A stretch of DNA of 64,000 bases from Eutreptiella sp. 'Long Island Sound 2002' (lineage: Eukaryota; Protista; Euglenida), in the NCBI GenBank assembly GCA_964036045.1, contig OZ038378.1, forward strand, positions 164,548,001 to 164,612,000, read 5' to 3'. The first letter of the stretch is position 1; every line of letters begins with the position of its first letter. A model generated the notes under the pieces. That model did no database searches. It worked only from the letters and a program-made list of their open reading frames with translations, and had not been told where the DNA came from. The position numbers and the translations under genes are program-made. Below are positions 1 to 64,000 of this stretch, in pieces.

Positions 1-56706
<56,706 letters not shown>

Positions 56707-56989
56707 CTGGCAGGAAAGGGTAGAGGGAGCAGGGGAGATACAACGAGGGAGAGGGAGGCAGAGAGAGAGGGAGGGGAGAGGGCGGGAGGGAGGTGGTGGT
56801 TGGTGTTTGAAATTCATAATCCTCCCCGACCAAAACACCGGGCCACACATATAAATGAATGCACTTCCCTCTTTCAGTCCGTGTACACACGCAATATAGC
56901 CATCGAACCCGTGAGGGAACATGGCAAAAGTGAGGATTCCCTGGACTGAGCCATAGAGTACTCAAAAGAACTAAATACGCGGCAACACT

Positions 56990-59900
56990 TGCAGAAAACA
57001 AACCAGATGTCATGAGACACACCAAAATGCAAATGCACCTCATATTGGTAGGAACGCCTGTCTGTATCTGTGCAGAGCCCGTCAGTGAACACCAAAGATC
57101 AGACCAGCGGAGAAAGAAGACAATTGGGTATCATTGATATTGCGGTAAGACGGTGTATTTGTCGTCATTTCTTGGCAACGCGCACCTCCAAACACTCAGC
57201 AATCACACACAGACACCAACATGCATTGCACACAATGCTACTTGCCCCACCAACACATATAAAAATGGAAACCGCGTGTGCATATCCTTTGGCATAGGGC
57301 AATGGTGGATGGTTTCATAGCATGCTGTGCTTGGTGATTCCGCAGAATCTGGTATCATGCTGCCGTGATGATGATGATGTGGTGGGTGATGCAAGATGAG
57401 AACCCAGATATCATGACAAACAGCAAAATGCAAAGGCACCGCACATTGGTAGGAACGCCACCGTGCCTATCGGTGCAGAGCCTGTCAGTGAACACCAAAG
57501 ATCAGACCAGCGGAGAAAGAAGACAATTGGGTATCATTCATATTGCGGTAAGACGGTGTATTTGTCGTCATTTCTTTGCAACACCCACCTCCAGGACATC
57601 CGTAAACATCACCAATACCCACCATGCATTAGCAGAGACGCCTGCTGACTCACGAAACAATGGAGAGGTGCCTGTGTGTGGCTGTTGTTACCATGGGGCA
57701 TCACACCAATGCCAAACATCACCATGTGATATGATTTCCCGGCATGATGTTGTTGGCAACACTGGATCATAGGAGATATAATGCTGCTGTTGCTGATGCT
57801 GCATGACAATCCAGACATCATGACAACCAACACAAAAAACCAATGCAAAGCACATGTGAATCTGTGCCTATCTGTGTAGAGCCCGTCAGTGAACACCAAA
57901 GATCAGACCAGCGGAGAAAGAAGACAATTGGGTATCATTCATGTGGCCGTAAGACGGTGTATTTGTCGTCATTTCTTGGCAACGCGCACCTCCAAACACT
58001 CAGCAATCACACACAGACACCAACATGCATTGCACACAATGCTACTTGCCCCACCAACACATACAAAAATGGAAACTGCGTGTGCATATCCTTTGGCACA
58101 GGGCAATGGATTCATAGCATGCTGTCCTTGGTGATTCCGCAGAATCTGGTATCATGCTGCCGTGATGATGATGATGTGGTGGGTGATGCAGCATTACCAG
58201 ACATCAGGACAAACAGCAAAATGCAAATGCACCTCATATTGGTAGAGACACCACTGTGTGCATCAGTGCAGCACCTGTCAGTGAACACCAAAGATCAGAC
58301 CAGCGGAGAAAGAAGACAATTGGGTATCATTCATGTGGCCGTAAGACGGTGTATTTGTCGTCATTTCTTGGCAACGCTCACCTCCAAACACTCAGCAATC
58401 ACACACAGACACCAACATGCATTGCACACAATGCTACTTGCCCCACCAACACATACAAAAATGGAAACTGCGTGTGCATATCCTTTGGCACAGGGCAATG
58501 GATTCATAGCATGCTGTCCTTGGTGATTCCGCAGAATCTGGTATCATGCTGCCGTGATGATGATGATGTGGTGGGTGATGCAGCATTACCAGACATCAGG
58601 ACAAACAGCAAAATGCAAATGCACCTCATATTGGTAGAGACACCACTGTGTGCATCAGTGCAGCACCTGTCAGTGAACACCAAAGATCAGACCAGCGGAG
58701 AAAGAAGACAATTGGGTATCATTCATGTGGCCGTAAGACGGTGTATTTGTCGTCATTTCTTGGCAACGCTCACCTCCAAACACTCAGCAATCACACACAG
58801 ACACCAACATGCATTGCACACAATGCTACTTGCCCCACCAACACATACAAAAATGGAAACCGCGTGTGCATATCCTTTGGCACAGGGCAATGGTGGATGG
58901 TTTCATAGCATGCTGTGCTTGGTGATTCCGCAGAATCTGGTATCATGCTGCCGTGATGATGATGATGTGGTGGGTGATGCAGCATTACCAGACATCAGGA
59001 CAAACAGCAAAATGCAAATGCACCTCATATTGGTAGAGACACCACTGTGTGTATCGGTGCAGAGCCTGTCAGTGAACACCAAAGATCAGACCAGCGGAGA
59101 AAGAAGACAATTGGGTATCATTCATGTGGCCGTAAGACGGTGTATTTGTCGTCATTTCTTGGCAACGCGCACCTCCAAACACTCAGCAATCACACACAGA
59201 CACCAACATGCATTGCACACAATGCTACTTGCCCCACCAACACATATAAAAATGGAAACCGCGTGTGCATATCCTTTGGCATAGGGCAATGGTGGATGGT
59301 TTCATAGCATGCTGTGCTTGGTGATTCCGCAGAATCTGGTATCATGCTGCCGTGATGATGATGATGTGGTGGGTGATGCAAGATGAGAACCCAGATATCA
59401 TGACAAACAGCAAAATGCAAAGGCACCGCACATTGGTAGGAACGCCACTGTGCCTATCGGTGCAGAGCCTGTCAGTGAACACCAAAGATCAGACCAGCGG
59501 AGAAAGAAGACAAATGGGTATCATTCATATTGCGGTAAGACGGTGTATTTGTCGTCATTTCTTTGCAACACCCACCTCCAGGACATCCGTAAACATCACC
59601 AATACCCACCATGCATTAGCAGAGACGCCTGCTGACTCACGAAACAATGGAGAGGTGCCTGTGTGTGGCTGTTGTTACCATGGGGCATCACACCAATGCC
59701 AAACATCACCATGTGATATGATTTCCCGGCATGATGTTGTTGGCAACACTGGATCATAGGAGATATAATGCTGCTGTTGCTGATGCTGCATGACAATCCA
59801 GACATCATGACAACCAACACAAAAAACCAATGCAGAGCACATGTGAATCTGTGCCTATCTGTGTAGAGCCCGTCAGTGAACACCAAAGATCAGACCAGCG

Positions 59901-62900
59901 GAGAAAGAAGACAATTGGGTATCATTCATGTGGCCGTAAGACGGTGTATTTGTCGTCATTTCTTGGCAACGCGCACCTCCAAACACTCAGCAATCACACA
60001 CAGACACCAACATGCATTGCACACAATGCTACTTGCCCCACCAACACATATAAAAATGGAAACCGCGTGTGCATATCCTTTGGCACAGGGCAATGGATTC
60101 ATAGCATGCTGTCCTTGGTGATTCCGCAGAATCTGGTATCATGCTGCCGTGATGATGATGATGTGGTGGGTGATGCAGCATTACCAGACATCAGGACAAA
60201 CAGCAAAATGCAAATGCACCTCATATTGGTAGAGACACCACTGTGTGCATCAGTGCAGCACCTGTCAGTGAACACCAAAGATCAGACCAGCGGAGAAAGA
60301 AGACAATTGGGTATCATTCATATTGCGGTAAGACGGTGTATTTGTCGTCATTTCTTGGCAACGCGCACCTCCAAACACTCAGCAATCACACACAGACACC
60401 AACATGCATTGCACACAATGCTACTTGCCCCACCAACACATACAAAAATGGAAACCGCGTGTGCATATCCTTTGGCATAGGGCAATGGTGGATGGTTTCA
60501 TAGCATGCTGTGCTTGGTGATTCTGCAGAATCTGGTATCATGCTGCCGTGATGATGATGATGTGGTGGGTGATGCAAGATGAGAACCCAGATATCATGAC
60601 AAACAGCAAAATGCAAAGGCACCGCACATTGGTAGGAACGCCACCGTGCCTATCGGTGCAGAGCCTGTCAGTGAACACCAAAGATCAGACCAGCGGAGAA
60701 AGAAGACAATTGAGTATCATTCATATTGCGGTAAGACGGTGTATTTGTCGTCATTTCTTTGCAACACCCACCTCCAGGACATCCGTAAACATCACCAATA
60801 CCCACCATGCATTAGCAGAGACGCCTGCTGACTCACGAAACAATGGAGAGGTGCCTGTGTGTGGCTGTTGTTACCATGGGGCATCACACCAATGCCAAAC
60901 ATCACCATGTGATATGATTTCCCGGCATGATGTTGTTGGCAACACTGGATCATAGGAGATATAATGCTGCTGTTGCTGATGCTGCATGACAATCCAGACA
61001 TCATGACAACCAACACAAAAAACCAATGCAAAGCACATGTGAATCTGTGCCTATCTGTGTAGAGCCCGTCAGTGAACACCAAAGATCAGACCAGCGGAGA
61101 AAGAAGACAATTGGGTATCATTCATGTGGCCGTAAGACGGTGTATTTGTCGTCATTTCTTGGCAACGCTCACCTCCAAACACTCAGCAATCACACACAGA
61201 CACCAACATGCATTGCACACAATGCTACTTGCCCCACCAACACATACAAAAATGGAAACCGCGTGTGCATATCCTTTGGCACAGGGCAATGGATTCATAG
61301 CATGCTGTGCTTGGTGATTCCGCAGAATCTGGTATCATGCTGCCGTGATGATGATGATGTGGTGGGTGATGCAGCATTACCAGACATCAGGACAAACAGC
61401 AAAATGCAAATGCACCTCATATTGGTAGAGACACCACTGTGTGCATCAGTGCAGCACCTGTCAGTGAACACCAAAGATCAGACCAGCGGAGAAAGAAGAC
61501 AATTGGGTATCATTCATGTGGCCGTAAGACGGTGTATTTGTCGTCATTTCTTGGCAACGCGCACCTCCAAACACTCAGCAATCACACACAGACACCAACA
61601 TGCATTGCACACAATGCTACTTGCCCCACCAACACATATAAAAATGGAAACCGCGTGTGCATATCCTTTGGCATAGGGCAATGGTGGATGGTTTCATAGC
61701 ATGCTGTGCTTGGTGATTCCGCAGAATCTGGTATCATGCTGCCGTGATGATGATGATGTGGTGGGTGATGCAAGATGAGAACCCAGATATCATGACAAAC
61801 AGCAAAATGCAAAGGCACCGCACATTGGTAGGAACGCCACCGTGCCTATCGGTGCAGAGCCTGTCAGTGAACACCAAAGATCAGACCAGCGGAGAAAGAA
61901 GACAAATGGGTATCATTCATATTGCGGTAAGACGGTGTATTTGTCGTCATTTCTTTGCAACACCCACCTCCAGGACATCCGTAAACATCACCAATACCCA
62001 CCATGCATTAGCAGAGACGCCTGCTGACTCACGAAACAATGGAGAGGTGCCTGTGTGTGGCTGTTGTTACCATGGGGCATCACACCAATGCCAAACATCA
62101 CCATGTGATATGATTTCCCGGCATGATGTTGTTGGCAACACTGGATCATAGGAGATATAATGCTGCTGTTGCTGATGCTGCATGACAATCCAGACATCAT
62201 GACAACCAACACAAAAAACCAATGCAAAGCACATGTGAATCTGTGCCTATCTGTGTAGAGCCCGTCAGTGAACACCAAAGATCAGACCAGCGGAGAAAGA
62301 AGACAATTGGGTATCATTCATGTGGCCGTAAGACGGTGTATTTGTCGTCATTTCTTGGCAACGCTCACCTCCAAACACTCAGCAATCACACACAGACACC
62401 AACGTGCATTGCACACAATGCTACTTGCCCCACCAACACATACAAAAATGGAAACCGCGTGTGCATATCCTTTGGCACAGGGCAATGGATTCATAGCATG
62501 CTGTGCTTGGTGATTCCGCAGAATCTGGTATCATGCTGCCGTGATGATGATGATGTGGTGGGTGATGCAGCATTACCAGACATCAGGACAAACAGCAAAA
62601 TGCAAATGCACCTCATATTGGTAGAGACACCACTGTGTGCATCAGTGCAGCACCTGTCAGTGAACACCAAAGATCAGACCAGCGGAGAAAGAAGACAATT
62701 GGGTATCATTCATGTGGCCGTAAGACGGTGTATTTGTCGTCATTTCTTGGCAACGCGCACCTCCAAACACTCAGCAATCACACACAGACACCAACATGCA
62801 TTGCACACAATGCTACTTGCCCCACCAACACATACAAAAATGGAAACCGCGTGTGCATATCCTTTGGCATAGGGCAATGGTGGATGGTTTCATAGCATGC

Positions 62901-64000
62901 TGTGCTTGGTGATTCTGCAGAATCTGGTATCATGCTGCCGTGATGATGATGATGTGGTGGGTGATGCAAGATGACAACCCAGATATCATGACAAACAGCA
63001 AAATGCAAATGCACCTCATATTGGTAGAGGCACCACTGTGTGTATCGGTGCAGAGCCTGTCAGTGAACACCAAAGATCAGACCAGCGGAGAAAGAAGACA
63101 ATTGGGTATCATTCATATTGCGGTAAGACGGTGTATTTGTCGTCATTTCTTGGCAACGCTCACCTCCAAACACTCAGCAATCACACACAGACACCAACAT
63201 GCATTGCACACAATGCTACTTGCCCCACCAACACATATAAAAATGGAAACCGCGTGTGCATATCCTTTGGCATAGGGCAATGGTGGATGGTTTCATAGCA
63301 TGCTGTGCTTGGTGATTCCGCAGAATCTGGTATCATGCTGCCGTGATGATGATGATGTGGTGGGTGATGCAAGATGAGAACCCAGATATCATGACAAACA
63401 GCAAAATGCAAAGGCACCGCACATTGGTAGGAACGCCACCGTGCCTATCGGTGCAGAGCCTGTCAGTGAACACCAAAGATCAGACCAGCGGAGAAAGAAG
63501 ACAAATGGGTATCATTCATATTGCGGTAAGACGGTGTATTTGTCGTCATTTCTTTGCAACACCCACCTCCAGGACATCCGTAAACATCACCAATACCCAC
63601 CATGCATTAGCAGAGACGCCTGCTGACTCACGAAACAATGGAGAGGTGCCTGTGTGTGGCTGTTGTTACCATGGGGCATCACACCAATGCCAAACATCAC
63701 CATGTGATATGATTTCCCGGCATGATGTTGTTGGCAACACTGGATCATAGGAGATATAATGCTGCTGTTGCTGATGCTGCATGACAATCCAGACATCATG
63801 ACAACCAACACAAAAAACCAATGCAAAGCACATGTGAATCTGTGCCTATCTGTGTAGAGCCCGTCAGTGAACACCAAAGATCAGACCAGCGGAGAAAGAA
63901 GACAATTGGGTATCATTCATGTGGCCGTAAGACGGTGTATTTGTCGTCATTTCTTGGCAACGCTCACCTCCAAACACTCAGCAATCACACAGACACCAAC
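56990..64000. repeat. Higher-order tandem satellite, ~400-bp monomers (392/399/401/403 bp), 1,196-bp trimer
   Basis: Anchor GTGAACACCAAAGATCAG occurs 18 times from 57085 to 63867; the array runs off the window. Confidence 0.96.

Noticed and set aside
56990-64000. Recurrent 60-340 aa ORFs, or a CRISPR-like array
   Set aside because: The ORFs recur with the satellite period and show no domain; there are no unique spacers or cas genes, and the context is eukaryotic.

Overview
Eukaryotic, GC-rich, repeat-dense genomic DNA. The whole window lies inside one minus-strand gene for an axonemal dynein heavy chain, most similar from memory to single-headed inner-arm DNAH6-type chains. I traced 39 GT-AG exons by hand (8,269 coding nt, about 2,756 codons, frame continuous across all 38 complete introns). 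They run from the tail through linker, AAA1-AAA4, stalk/MTBD and into AAA5; both gene ends lie outside the window. Almost all other ORFs in the track are shadows of repeats. The introns (0.4-3.1 kb) contain: (i) an 8-copy retroposon-like family whose fixed end always joins a G-run, with variable truncation and target duplications up to 39 bp; (ii) a second family ending in C-runs; (iii) a poly(A) retroposon with an 18-bp TSD; (iv) a Penelope-like RT relic; (v) several hAT-type MITE families (CAGGG termini, 8-bp TSDs) and TA-flanked MITEs; (vi) many micro- and minisatellites; (vii) a >7-kb higher-order satellite (~400-bp monomers, 1,196-bp trimer) filling the last intron. The 5' splice sites show an AG|GT versus |GTATG trade-off and no GTRAG. 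All counts and coordinates are manual; no database search was run and the organism cannot be identified from this window.
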